Shown here: one piece after another, positions 46,588-55,778 of the stretch
How positions within the stretch are numbered: position 1 is the first letter of the stretch
Layout: the number at the start of each line of letters is the position of its first letter
Origin: an uncultured Candidatus Saccharibacteria bacterium
GTDB lineage: Bacteria > Patescibacteriota > Saccharimonadia > Saccharimonadales > CAZICT01
NCBI GenBank assembly: GCA_964537935.1
Contig: CAZICT010000001.1
Span: forward strand, 200,228-264,227
DNA length: 64,000 bases
Reading direction: 5' to 3'
The notes under the pieces: model-generated
Told to the model about the DNA's origin: nothing
The model's database searches: none
What the model saw: the letters and a program-made list of their open reading frames with translations, nothing else
Position numbers and translations under genes: made by a program

Positions 46588-48360
46588 TTAATCCTTCGGT
46601 GTTACCCCGAAATTATCTATTAACATATTAGTTAAGTTACTGAAAATCGGCCCGGCTGCCTGAGAACCGGCATAACCTGCAATTCCAGGGGCATTTAACC
46701 GCACCACGATAACATACTCCGGCTCATTACCGCCAACATAGCCCATAAATGTACCGTTAAAGCGATCGTCGTAATATCCCCCTTCCGGCCTAGTCACCTG
46801 CGCAGTTCCGGTTTTGCCGCCGATAGCGTAGTCACTTCTGAGCTGTTTCATGCCATAAATTAGGTAGTTGTTGTTAAATGAGTATTCCATCAGCGATCTA
46901 AGCTGTTCGCCAACCTCCGGCTTCACCACATTGTCATCAAGAATTTTGGGCTCCACGGTATTCTCTGTTCCGTCTTGGGTGATATAACTTTCTACCAAGC
47001 GGGGTTGATAATATGTACCGCCATTAATTACGCTTGCTAACGCCGCTCCCATTTGTAGGGGTGTTGCCGTCATACCCTGTCCAAAAGAGGTGTTGGCGTA
47101 TTGGATATCTAAGCCGAAACCTTCTGTGGGGCTGGGGATACTGCCAGGGGCCTCATAGCCCTGCTCGATACCGGTAAGCTGTCCGAACCTGTAATGATTA
47201 GTCATATAGTCATACCATCTAACACGTGCCTGTTCATTTATTTCGCCTCCGCCCATTTGCATCAACAGCCATGCCGCACCTGTATTTAATGATAACCGCA
47301 ATATATCACCAACCGTGCGCGTACCCGAACCGCCGATAACATTAGTTATGGTCGCTCCATCTATGGTGAATGAACCAGGGTCATAGTACGAGCTATTGGC
47401 ACTTACTACTCCAAGGTCGAGCGCAGCCGCCAGCGTAAGCGGTTTCATAATCGATCCCACTTCCAGCGGTCGGCTCACTGCTCCGTTATTAAATACTTCT
47501 GCGTCTTTTACTTCATAGAACTTAGACGGATCATAGGTCGGATAGTTGGCCATCGCCTTTATCGCACCGGTTTTTGCCTCCATTATAAGAGCGCTCCCGA
47601 AATCCGATCGTACATCTTCCAATCCTTTTTTCAGGATATCTTCTAGCTGCCGCTGCATACCTAAATCAATGGTCAGCACAACCTTTTCACCTTTAACCGG
47701 TTGTCTGATAATATTGTCCTCGTTTCCGGCTAATGGAACGCCTTGAGCATCAGTAATTGCCCGGATCTCTCCGGGAGTTCCACGCAAATGCTCATCAAGC
47801 GCCTGCTCAACCCCATATTTTCCTTCGCCTTCATCGTTAACAAATCCTAGTAACTGCGCCCCTAGTGTACCTTGCGGATAGGTTCTGTAAGACGCCTCTC
47901 GTGTGCCTATACCTTTGTAATCGAGAGCGTCGAGCTTGGTTTTGGTGGCTTCGTCAAGCCTTTTGGCTAGCACCACGTAACGCGTATCATCGGCCTTGAG
48001 TTGTTTTTCATAATCGACCGCATTTCCACCTATGATTTCGGCTATTTTTTCCGCTGAAGCATGCGCGTCTTCAACGTAAACAGGATCAGCATAAAGCGTG
48101 TACTTGGTTTCATTCAACACTATCGGTACGGTGCCGTCACCGTTCTGCGCGACTATAATGCCGCGTTCTGCCGGTATTTGATACTCCTTAAGCTGTTTGG
48201 TTAAAGCTGCCTGCTGATAGTAAGAGTGACGAATGACCTGTAAATAAAAAAGTCTCACTATAAAAAAAGCTAGCAACAACAAAAGCAACCCGTACCATAT
48301 TCGAATACGGGTTAAAGTAGATAGCTGGAACCTGGATGAAGCTTTTGGTCGCATAGGCAT
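46588..48360 (-). CDS. ftsI: Penicillin-binding protein (FtsI/PBP2B-type transpeptidase)
   Basis: N-terminal TM, dimerisation domain, transpeptidase motifs SIMKP (SxxK), SxN region, KTGTAQ. Confidence 0.85.
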   Translation of the reverse strand: MPMRPKASSRFQLSTLTRIRIWYGLLLLLLAFFIVRLFYLQVIRHSYYQQAALTKQLKEYQIPAERGIIVAQNGDGTVPIVLNETKYTLYADPVYVEDAHASAEKIAEIIGGNAVDYEKQLKADDTRYVVLAKRLDEATKTKLDALDYKGIGTREASYRTYPQGTLGAQLLGFVNDEGEGKYGVEQALDEHLRGTPGEIRAITDAQGVPLAGNEDNIIRQPVKGEKVVLTIDLGMQRQLEDILKKGLEDVRSDFGSALIMEAKTGAIKAMANYPTYDPSKFYEVKDAEVFNNGAVSRPLEVGSIMKPLTLAAALDLGVVSANSSYYDPGSFTIDGATITNVIGGSGTRTVGDILRLSLNTGAAWLLMQMGGGEINEQARVRWYDYMTNHYRFGQLTGIEQGYEAPGSIPSPTEGFGLDIQYANTSFGQGMTATPLQMGAALASVINGGTYYQPRLVESYITQDGTENTVEPKILDDNVVKPEVGEQLRSLMEYSFNNNYLIYGMKQLRSDYAIGGKTGTAQVTRPEGGYYDDRFNGTFMGYVGGNEPEYVIVVRLNAPGIAGYAGSQAAGPIFSNLTNMLIDNFGVTPKD

Positions 48361-48402
48361 CCCCTACTCTATCATCTTTGTTTAGTTAAATAATCTTGAG
48401 CC

Positions 48403-48750
48403 TTAGTTTTGCAATGTTGCTGTTGGCGCGGCAGAAACAAGCTGTTTAGCTGCTTCGCTTGTCTTTATTCGCTCAAGCGACTGTAAGCGTGCGGCATCCA
48501 ACACTAGCTGGTTATGCTCTGCTTCAAGACTAGACTGCTCATTACGCAAATCATCGATCTTATAAGTGTATGAATTAGCCTTTGTGACTTGTGTCAGGTA
48601 TAGAAGACCTAGCAGACACGCTAACACAATAAGCATGATAGTATTGCTGATTGGTCCGATGCTACGCTGCTCGCCGCGAAAAGTGGTTGTGTTTTGATTT
48701 CGTGTCGAGTATCTTTGCCGACTCATATTTAAAGAGCTTGAATATGTCAT
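48403..48750 (-). CDS. ftsL: FtsL-like small division protein
   Basis: 115 aa. TM IMLIVLACLLGLLYL followed by a coiled-coil. Sits in the canonical position between rsmH and ftsI. Confidence 0.5.
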   Translation of the reverse strand: MTYSSSLNMSRQRYSTRNQNTTTFRGEQRSIGPISNTIMLIVLACLLGLLYLTQVTKANSYTYKIDDLRNEQSSLEAEHNQLVLDAARLQSLERIKTSEAAKQLVSAAPTATLQN

Positions 48751-48896
48751 ATGTTTCTTTTTATGTTTATTTTTGTGTGGCTACTCTCACGGACTTTTAT
48801 CTATGAGAGCAGCCTTTTTGTGCGGTTAAGGCTTTAGCCTACTCTGACTTTTACCTTATATGCACGGGAGAGGTTTTTTACCTGGATAGGCATAGT

Positions 48897-49835
48897 CTAC
48901 TCCCTTTCCTTTTGGTTTTTTATTTTAACTGCGGCGCGGAGCTTGGCGCTCCTGGCACGCGGATTAATAGCGACTTCCTCTTGCGTTGCCATGACCGGCT
49001 GCTTCGTGAGCAGACGCAGGACAGCGTCATACCGGTTACCAGCGTATTCATTAAACTGTTGCTTAACGATACGATCTTCCAAACTATGGAAGCTGATAAC
49101 CGCTATTCGCCCTCCCGGGGATAGTAGATCTATCCAAAACGGTATTGCGCTTTCTAGAAGTTCTAGTTCGCTGTTAACCGCCATACGTAGCGCTTGGAAC
49201 GTTCGTGTGGCAGGATGAACCTTACTATGCCCCGGCCAAGCGAGGGCAACGATTTCTGCCAATTCGTGTGTAGTCGTAATGGGCCGGTGTTCCACTATCA
49301 ATGAAGCAATTTTGGTTGCTCGTGGCTCTTCACCATACCGTTTGATGATACGTGCCAGTTCCGCTTTGGGATAGTTGTTGACTATCTCCTCTGCCGTCAA
49401 ACTTTGCCGCTCATCCATACGCATATCCAGCGGTCCATTCAGCCGTATACTAAACCCACGACTGGCATTGTCAAGGTGCGGTGACGATACACCCAAATCA
49501 GCCAAAATTATATCGTATTGTTCGCCTTGCTTCTTAAGTTCTTGGGCAGCTGCTTTATAATCCTTGTGGACCATTGTTACATTATGCCCTTGAAACTTCT
49601 TCTGCAGACAATCAATCGCCTGTTGATCGCGATCAACTAAAGTTGATTTTGAAAGTTGTAAGGTACGTTCCAGTATCTTTTCAGCGTGTCCGCCGTAGCC
49701 TGCCGTAAGGTCAAGGTATTTTTCCCCTTCCTTAGGATCAAGCACGGTCAGTACTTCTGAAAGTAATACCGGAAAATGTGTGATATTTTTTTGGTGATTT
49801 GTTTTGGTGTTTTTCATGCTTTTTTGTTTTTGCAA
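48897..49835 (-). CDS. rsmH: 16S rRNA (cytosine1402-N4)-methyltransferase
   Basis: HFPVLLSEVL, DLTAGYGGHA, DLGVSSPHLD; RsmH/MraW signature. The listed start is TTG; an ATG lies 6 codons in. Confidence 0.85.
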   Translation of the reverse strand: MQKQKSMKNTKTNHQKNITHFPVLLSEVLTVLDPKEGEKYLDLTAGYGGHAEKILERTLQLSKSTLVDRDQQAIDCLQKKFQGHNVTMVHKDYKAAAQELKKQGEQYDIILADLGVSSPHLDNASRGFSIRLNGPLDMRMDERQSLTAEEIVNNYPKAELARIIKRYGEEPRATKIASLIVEHRPITTTHELAEIVALAWPGHSKVHPATRTFQALRMAVNSELELLESAIPFWIDLLSPGGRIAVISFHSLEDRIVKQQFNEYAGNRYDAVLRLLTKQPVMATQEEVAINPRARSAKLRAAVKIKNQKERE

Positions 49836-49960
49836 GGTTTGCCAATTCCGCTCGGGCTTTTGGCGCCGGGCGGGATAGCTGCCCTTCCAAAAATTTTTGT
49901 TTTTGCAAGGTCACCTATTCAGCAATCAACTTTTTGTTTTTTAAATGTTTTTGTTTTTGT
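49808..49960. repeat. T-rich direct repeats (TTTTTGTTTTTG, three copies; two extended to TTTTTGTTTTTGCAAGGT) spanning the rsmH start and the rsmH-mraZ spacer
   Basis: cttttttgtttttgcaaggt at ~49818, aatttttgtttttgcaaggt at ~49893, atgtttttgtttttgtttgtttcg at ~49938. Confidence 0.3.
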
Positions 49961-50202
49961 TTGTTTCGTTAAGCTCTTGTAAAGAAGGTTACTTGTGTAA
50001 GATTTAAAAAATCTTCTAACTTCTTACTTCTTAACAAAACGATTGTTGAGAGACTTATGTGTGAGGTGGAGTTTTGGGAGGTGTTTTGAGATAAGGTACA
50101 AAGGTTTTTTGAGTGGTTGCCTTCGATCCACTTGTTGATTGCCGAATAGCTGACCTCGAGTCAGTTTCGTTTTTAATATGTTAAAGAGCTACTGGATCGG
50201 TA

Positions 50203-50562
50203 CTAGGCAGCCATGATGCGCCAATATCGTCCAGCTCGAACCGCTACCACATCCCGGTCAATTCCCGCATAGTCAAGCAGATGCTGCTCTATGAGCACTC
50301 TTCCCTGCTTCTGATCCAATGCGGCTTCGGTTTTACCAGTTCGGAATTGAACGTTCAGATCTGCTGTATGCTCGTCAAGGATATTGCCTTGAAGTTGCGT
50401 TTCGACCTGCTCATCCCAGACCGATTTAGGATACAGATGCAAATACTTCTGAAATCCTCTGGTGAGTACTACTCCTGTTTCAAACTCGGCTCGAAGTTCG
50501 GCTGGTATAGTCAGCCGCCGCTTGTCGTCTAGCTTGCGTTCGAAATAGTCTACCGTGGCCAT
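50203..50562 (-). CDS. mraZ: Transcriptional regulator MraZ
   Basis: Two DxxxR-type repeats (DDKRRLTIP and DQKQGRVLI). First gene of the dcw cluster. Confidence 0.8.
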   Translation of the reverse strand: MATVDYFERKLDDKRRLTIPAELRAEFETGVVLTRGFQKYLHLYPKSVWDEQVETQLQGNILDEHTADLNVQFRTGKTEAALDQKQGRVLIEQHLLDYAGIDRDVVAVRAGRYWRIMAA

Positions 50563-50626
50563 TTGGTGTGATTTAAATTACTAGTGGTTTTTATTTTTTT
50601 CGTATCTGGTAGGCTGTTTTGCCCTA

Positions 50627-50672
50627 CCCACGATTACCCACTGACAGTAGTGTACAACCCACTCCTACCCAC
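50627..50672 (-). promoter_or_regulatory. Putative MraZ operator: four GTGGG direct repeats arranged as two pairs with 5-nt spacers
   Basis: Minus strand reads GTGGGtaggaGTGGG-N16-GTGGGtaatcGTGGG, 65-110 bp upstream of the mraZ start. Confidence 0.5.
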
Positions 50673-50712
50673 ATGCAAGTCTTTTAGCCAATATTACTCT
50701 GAACTACAACAC

Positions 50713-50743
50713 TTATCCACAGACAAATAACTGTTGTGGATAA
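50713..50743. promoter_or_regulatory. Inverted pair of perfect DnaA-box 9-mers (TTATCCACA-N13-TGTGGATAA)
   Basis: acTTATCCACAgacaaataactgtTGTGGATAAag lies between the mraZ operator repeats and the upstream gene. Confidence 0.45.
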
Positions 50744-50790
50744 AGACACTACATATAGCGTTTGAACTTGCTATATAAACACAACTAAAT

Positions 50791-51420
50791 TTATGTCTGC
50801 CGTATCAATCCGTAGGCTTGATGCAAACTGCTCACCGCATCATCAGTTAAGGTCGTATCGTTAATCGGTGCTAGCTCAGGACGACACATTAAAACCTGAC
50901 TCCAGTTCTCGGGCAGATTTCTTAGGGGCTTATCATCTACTATTACGCCCTTGCCCTCAGTGAACTCACGCCGTAGAAAATCCGCCTTAAGCTCACTTAC
51001 TACGTGGACCGGCACACAAAGCTGTCCAAGCTTTCTGCACAGACCCATTTTAAATCTCTGAAACTCACCGTCACCATAAGTCAGGATGCGTACATCAGGA
51101 AACTCATTTTTCATCTGAACTACGGTGCCATGAACATCATCAAAACAAAAATCCATCTGTTTTTGCTGTATTGCCTTATCTATTTCTCCGGAGACAAATG
51201 ACCAACTTCTCCCTGATATTGCTTCAATATGTTGGCGGAATTGGTATATGTTATGAGAATCGGCGTCGCGAGAATCATAGTAATCAGAAAGTGTCCCAGC
51301 AAAAGCCCCGGACTCTATGGTAAATCGCTCAACCATAAAGTCGTCGATCCAGCCCACCATATCTACGTAATTAAATAACACGCCGTCAAAATCCAAAAAC
51401 AGGTAATCCGGTTTACTCAC
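50791..51420 (-). CDS. HAD-like hydrolase
   Basis: N-terminal LFLDFDGVLF (DxDG motif). Confidence 0.6.
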   Translation of the reverse strand: MSKPDYLFLDFDGVLFNYVDMVGWIDDFMVERFTIESGAFAGTLSDYYDSRDADSHNIYQFRQHIEAISGRSWSFVSGEIDKAIQQKQMDFCFDDVHGTVVQMKNEFPDVRILTYGDGEFQRFKMGLCRKLGQLCVPVHVVSELKADFLRREFTEGKGVIVDDKPLRNLPENWSQVLMCRPELAPINDTTLTDDAVSSLHQAYGLIRQT

Positions 51421-52415
51421 TATAAAAGTCCCATAATCGCCTTAGCGATTACATCGCCGTCATGTCGAATGAGCGATCTTTTAATAAAAGTATCATTCCG
51501 ATTCCTGGATTGGGCCTGTTTTGACAAAAAATCTCCGCCAATGGCCTTATAGTGCGCTCGCTTTAGAATTTCTGTATCTATGGCTATAGGATACTCTCCT
51601 TCAACAGCATACTTGTTCAATATCGCCTTGGAGGGAAGCTTGTTGTTATAGAGAACGACATCGATAGCTTGACCACCGATAAACCGCTCAAGTTCGTCAA
51701 CATAATCATGTACCGCAAACCCGGCGGTTTGGTGCGGTTTATTGACCAGATTAGCCACATAAACTATTGGGGCCTTGGTTTGTCTAAGGGTGCGTCCAAT
51801 GCCATCAACAAGTAGGGCTGGCGCAAGTGATCCGTACAGATTTCCGGGAGCAATAACTACAAGATCAGCTTCTAAAATGGCCTGGCGCGCTTTTGGAGAT
51901 AAGTCAGCCTTAGGCTCCAGGTAAAGTTTTGGGCGCTCATCTTCTTCAAAATTTAGTTGAGAAATCTCATACTCGCCCTTTAAGGTGCCGGCATAGGTAT
52001 CGATTACCAAGTGGCAGTTATCCAAGGTAATTGGTAGCACCTTCCCTTTAATGTTGAGTACCTTTTCCGCAAGTTCAACCGCCTGCCCAAAGTCTTTGCT
52101 CATCATTTCAAAGGCGCTTAAAAACAGGTTGCCGAATGAATGACCGGCCGCAAAAGTACCTTTAGGGAAGCGGTAGTTAAACAGTTCACGTAATGTTTCC
52201 GGCGACTGACTAAGCGCAACCAGACATTGGCGCACATCACCCGGCGGCAATACTCCCAGTTCATCCCTAAGGACGCCTGTCGAACCGCCATTATCGGCCA
52301 TGTTGACTAATGCCGTTATGGAAATCGGGTGATGCTTCAGGCTGGATAATAATGTAAAGCTCCCTGTTCCTCCGCCAATCACCACCACTTTGGATCGGTT
52401 ATCGTTGTGCTTCAT
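51420..52415 (-). CDS. YvcK/CofD-like (UPF0052, gluconeogenesis factor) family protein
   Basis: VVVIGGGTGSFTLL...ITALVNMADNGGSTGVLRDELGVLPPGDVRQCLVAL matches the YvcK family N-terminus. Confidence 0.8.
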   Translation of the reverse strand: MKHNDNRSKVVVIGGGTGSFTLLSSLKHHPISITALVNMADNGGSTGVLRDELGVLPPGDVRQCLVALSQSPETLRELFNYRFPKGTFAAGHSFGNLFLSAFEMMSKDFGQAVELAEKVLNIKGKVLPITLDNCHLVIDTYAGTLKGEYEISQLNFEEDERPKLYLEPKADLSPKARQAILEADLVVIAPGNLYGSLAPALLVDGIGRTLRQTKAPIVYVANLVNKPHQTAGFAVHDYVDELERFIGGQAIDVVLYNNKLPSKAILNKYAVEGEYPIAIDTEILKRAHYKAIGGDFLSKQAQSRNRNDTFIKRSLIRHDGDVIAKAIMGLL

Positions 52416-52583
52416 ATCTATGTCAAATCGTCTCTTTTCATATATTGTAGTGTATATTGTCGTACATGCACGTAAATGTCGATCGCTTTAGCTATCGACA
52501 TAGGTACGAGTTTATCAGCGAGCTTATCGACAGTTACACCTAAGAAATTAATTTTATTACTAATACGTCACACGAGGTATAAA

Positions 52584-53846
52584 TTACTGTTTTCGCAAGG
52601 TCTTTACCACGCTGCCGAACCATTCGGCGCTGGGTCGAAGGGTTCGCTTCATACCACGCTCTCTGTCAACATGAACCAGTCCAAATTTTGGCCACCAGCC
52701 ATAAGCCCATTCAAAATTATCAAGCAAGCTCCAGTGGAAATAACCACGCAAATCCACCCCCTCGCTTATGGCTCTTTCCATCGCTAAAATGGTTTGCTCC
52801 AACCACCAGCGGCGATGTTGATCTTTGGCATCGGCAACGCCGTTTTCAGTAATAATTATCGGCTTCTTGTAGTGCTCCCAGACTCTCAGCAAAAGCGGAT
52901 ATAACCCTTCGGGCTCCATGTACCAACCAAGATCGTTAGTAGGAAACGATGGATTACTGCGCTTAAAGTTTCTGTAGTAATCGGTAAAGTAATAATTGAA
53001 GCCAACGTAATCCTGATAACGCTTAACGCGATTTAAAAACCACCAGTTCCAGAAATAACGCATCCATTTTGTAGTTATAGAATCGATAACATTATGCGGT
53101 CGTTTGGCTTGAATATTAGCTAATTGAGAAGCAATGCCGATCTGTAAACTAGGCTTTCGTGCCTTAAGAATAGCGTATGCTCTGCGATGTGCACGCGTAA
53201 GATTCCAATAAACTTTCATAAATTTAAGCCAGTTCTTTTGTTGCGGCGGCCATTCACCGGTCAAATAGCCAAAACTGGTGTATACATTCGGTTCATTAAG
53301 CGTTATGACATATGTCACCTGACCGATAAGTTCATCAGCAATTTTTTGCACGAACCGATCAAAATATTGCAGGTTTTGTCGTTTTTCAAAACCGCCCTTT
53401 TCTGCAAACCATGTTGGCATTGTCCAGTGCCATATATTAAGCATCGGTGTAATACCTTTTAGTTTTAGCTGGGCAATATAGGTACGATAATGCTCTATAG
53501 CTTCAAGATTCCACTCGCCTTCCTTTGGTTCCATCCGGGCCCATTCTATGCCAAACCTAAAAGCATTTAGATTCATGTCTTTTAGTAAAGAAAAATCTTC
53601 CTTATAGCGTTTGTAGTGATCGACACCGCGGCCAGAAATATAATTGGCAGGATTTGCCGCCCGGTTCTTAAACCGATCCCAACCCTGGATCCACTGCAAC
53701 CGCTTATTTGCCGTCTTTGCTAATTCGGCGGCGTTTGCCAGTTCCCACACCGTCCAGTCATTTTCCAAACCGCCTTCAACCTGGTGGCTGGCGGTCGAAG
53801 CTCCCCACATAAAATGTTTAGGAAATAATGGTTTTTGTTTGCTCAT
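52584..53846 (-). CDS. Glycoside hydrolase family 1 (beta-glucosidase)
   Basis: Catalytic acid/base LNEP and nucleophile ITENG motifs. 420 aa. Confidence 0.85.
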   Translation of the reverse strand: MSKQKPLFPKHFMWGASTASHQVEGGLENDWTVWELANAAELAKTANKRLQWIQGWDRFKNRAANPANYISGRGVDHYKRYKEDFSLLKDMNLNAFRFGIEWARMEPKEGEWNLEAIEHYRTYIAQLKLKGITPMLNIWHWTMPTWFAEKGGFEKRQNLQYFDRFVQKIADELIGQVTYVITLNEPNVYTSFGYLTGEWPPQQKNWLKFMKVYWNLTRAHRRAYAILKARKPSLQIGIASQLANIQAKRPHNVIDSITTKWMRYFWNWWFLNRVKRYQDYVGFNYYFTDYYRNFKRSNPSFPTNDLGWYMEPEGLYPLLLRVWEHYKKPIIITENGVADAKDQHRRWWLEQTILAMERAISEGVDLRGYFHWSLLDNFEWAYGWWPKFGLVHVDRERGMKRTLRPSAEWFGSVVKTLRKQ

Positions 53847-53900
53847 TACTGAATGTAGATTATAACGAAGTGTCTCGCGGGGCCCAACTTTTTAATGGCT

Positions 53901-54323
53901 TTAAAGTCCGGCATTTCCCTGCTTATGTAATTCAGCCGCTTCACTGATTAGATCTTTTACTGCCGGCAAATCGAGGTCGTTAATAGACTTAAAACGGATA
54001 CAGCTCTTACCACAGCTTACTTTGCCCAATCTATCGCTGTAGATCTCCGGTAAGTATTTACCGTCCCTTACGGCCGATACGTACATACTCAGGTGATTTT
54101 TTTGCTTAGCTAAAGCAATAATCGGCCAATCACCTTCTTTTCCGCTCGAGTATTTATAATGATAACTACCGTACGAAACCATAGACATGCTCATGCCGTT
54201 AAATAAGTACCGCTCTAGTTCCGGCACCGTATCAGTAATAAGTTTGTCTAATTTTCTAAGATCCTGTTCGTTTTTTTCAGATTTGGTAAAGTATTCATCA
54301 ATTGAACCAGCGTTTAATTTCAT
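53901..54323 (-). CDS. DUF1801 (YdhG-like) domain protein
   Basis: 140 aa with the KSCIRFKSINDLDL region typical of DUF1801. Confidence 0.65.
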   Translation of the reverse strand: MKLNAGSIDEYFTKSEKNEQDLRKLDKLITDTVPELERYLFNGMSMSMVSYGSYHYKYSSGKEGDWPIIALAKQKNHLSMYVSAVRDGKYLPEIYSDRLGKVSCGKSCIRFKSINDLDLPAVKDLISEAAELHKQGNAGL

Positions 54324-54357
54324 GTAGTTATTGTAGCGTGTTATAGAAATATAGTAT

Positions 54358-55143
54358 CTATTTTATGCTGTCTATCAGTTCCATTTCTCTTTCGTTTAGT
54401 TCAAAATCAAACACGTCGATATTTTGTTTAATCCTGTCGGGATTTCCGGATTTAGGAATAGGCACCGTATTGTGCTGCAAGGCCCAGCGAAGCACAACTT
54501 GAGCCTCTGATTTTCTATGTGAGGTTGAAATTTTTTTGACGACCGGTTCTTCCAGTATTTCACCACGCGCCAACGGACTATAGGCCTCGACAACGATACC
54601 GTGTTCGTTACAGTACTCCAATAACTCTTTCTGCTGCTGATAGTTATATGGATGGAACTCTATCTGATTAACAGCTGGCATAATATCAGAATAGCTTGCC
54701 GCCTCTTTTAGATGGCTAATCTCATAGTTTGACACCCCGATGGCTTTAGCTTTACCGGTCTTATAAATTTCGCCAAGCGCCCTCCAGCTATCTTTTCGAG
54801 CCCTTGGATCTGTGCCCGGCCAGTGGATTAAGTAAAGATCAATGTACCCAACCCCCAGTTTGTGCAATGATGTTTCAAAAGCTAACCTGGCGGTTTTATA
54901 ACCCAAGTCACCCCTTCCAAGTTTAGTTGTTACAAAAAGCGCACCACGCGACACACCGCTATTACACACAGAATCACCAACGCTTATTTCATTGCCGTAT
55001 ATTGCCGCGGTGTCAATTAGCCTATACCCCGAATGTATAGCGTTCTTAACGGCTTCACGTGCCTCCACCCCTTCTGCTAGTTGCCAGGTTCCAAACCCGA
55101 TCGCAGGTATGGTTGTTCCGGTATTCAGCTTTTTTACGTACAC
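54358..55143 (-). CDS. Aldo/keto reductase (2,5-diketo-D-gluconate reductase-like)
   Basis: IPAIGFGTWQ, IDTAAIYGNE, AIGVSNY motifs. Confidence 0.85.
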   Translation of the reverse strand: MYVKKLNTGTTIPAIGFGTWQLAEGVEAREAVKNAIHSGYRLIDTAAIYGNEISVGDSVCNSGVSRGALFVTTKLGRGDLGYKTARLAFETSLHKLGVGYIDLYLIHWPGTDPRARKDSWRALGEIYKTGKAKAIGVSNYEISHLKEAASYSDIMPAVNQIEFHPYNYQQQKELLEYCNEHGIVVEAYSPLARGEILEEPVVKKISTSHRKSEAQVVLRWALQHNTVPIPKSGNPDRIKQNIDVFDFELNEREMELIDSIK

Positions 55144-55250
55144 CTTTATCTCCTTTGTAAGCTTCTTACATATAGTCTATCTCCGGCCTTTATAATTGTT
55201 AGTTAAATAAACTACATTGCCCTGCCGTTTCGGGTTGTTATTATTTATCT

Positions 55251-55778
55251 ATGCAGCCTAGATACTTTATCGGCATTAGCCTTCCTGAGGATATAACTGG
55301 CCGTATTCAGGATATTCAAACTAGCTTATACGAAGAAGAAACTATGTTAGAACCTTTAGTGCCTCACATAACACTCGTACATCCAAACGCACTTCAGACT
55401 TTGGCGCCAATGTACTTTATTCCAAAAGCAAAAGACGCAGCGACACCATTATTGCCTATTGAGATAACGCTCACCGACATACAGGTTTTTCATAACAGCG
55501 TTGCTCATATTTCCGTTAGTAGCGAAGGATTAAATAAGCTCCACAGTTCGTTGCTGGCACTTTTACCTAAATCAGTAATTGCTCAGTATTATACGGACCG
55601 AAACTACAAACCTCACGTCACTCTGCTCCAGGCAAAGCAGCGCCAGAAAATAACACCGGCTTTACTCGCTAATCTTAATGACAGACTTCAGTCACTACTG
55701 CCTATTAATTTCACCGTAACTCAAATATCTTGTTACAAGTGGATTTCGAGCCGGGAATACAAAATCGAAAAGCTTTAA
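55251..55778 (+). CDS. 2H-phosphoesterase superfamily protein (LigT / 2'-5' RNA ligase-like)
   Basis: Two H-x-T-x motifs (PHITLVH and PHVTLLQ) about 95 aa apart. Confidence 0.65.
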   Translation: MQPRYFIGISLPEDITGRIQDIQTSLYEEETMLEPLVPHITLVHPNALQTLAPMYFIPKAKDAATPLLPIEITLTDIQVFHNSVAHISVSSEGLNKLHSSLLALLPKSVIAQYYTDRNYKPHVTLLQAKQRQKITPALLANLNDRLQSLLPINFTVTQISCYKWISSREYKIEKL

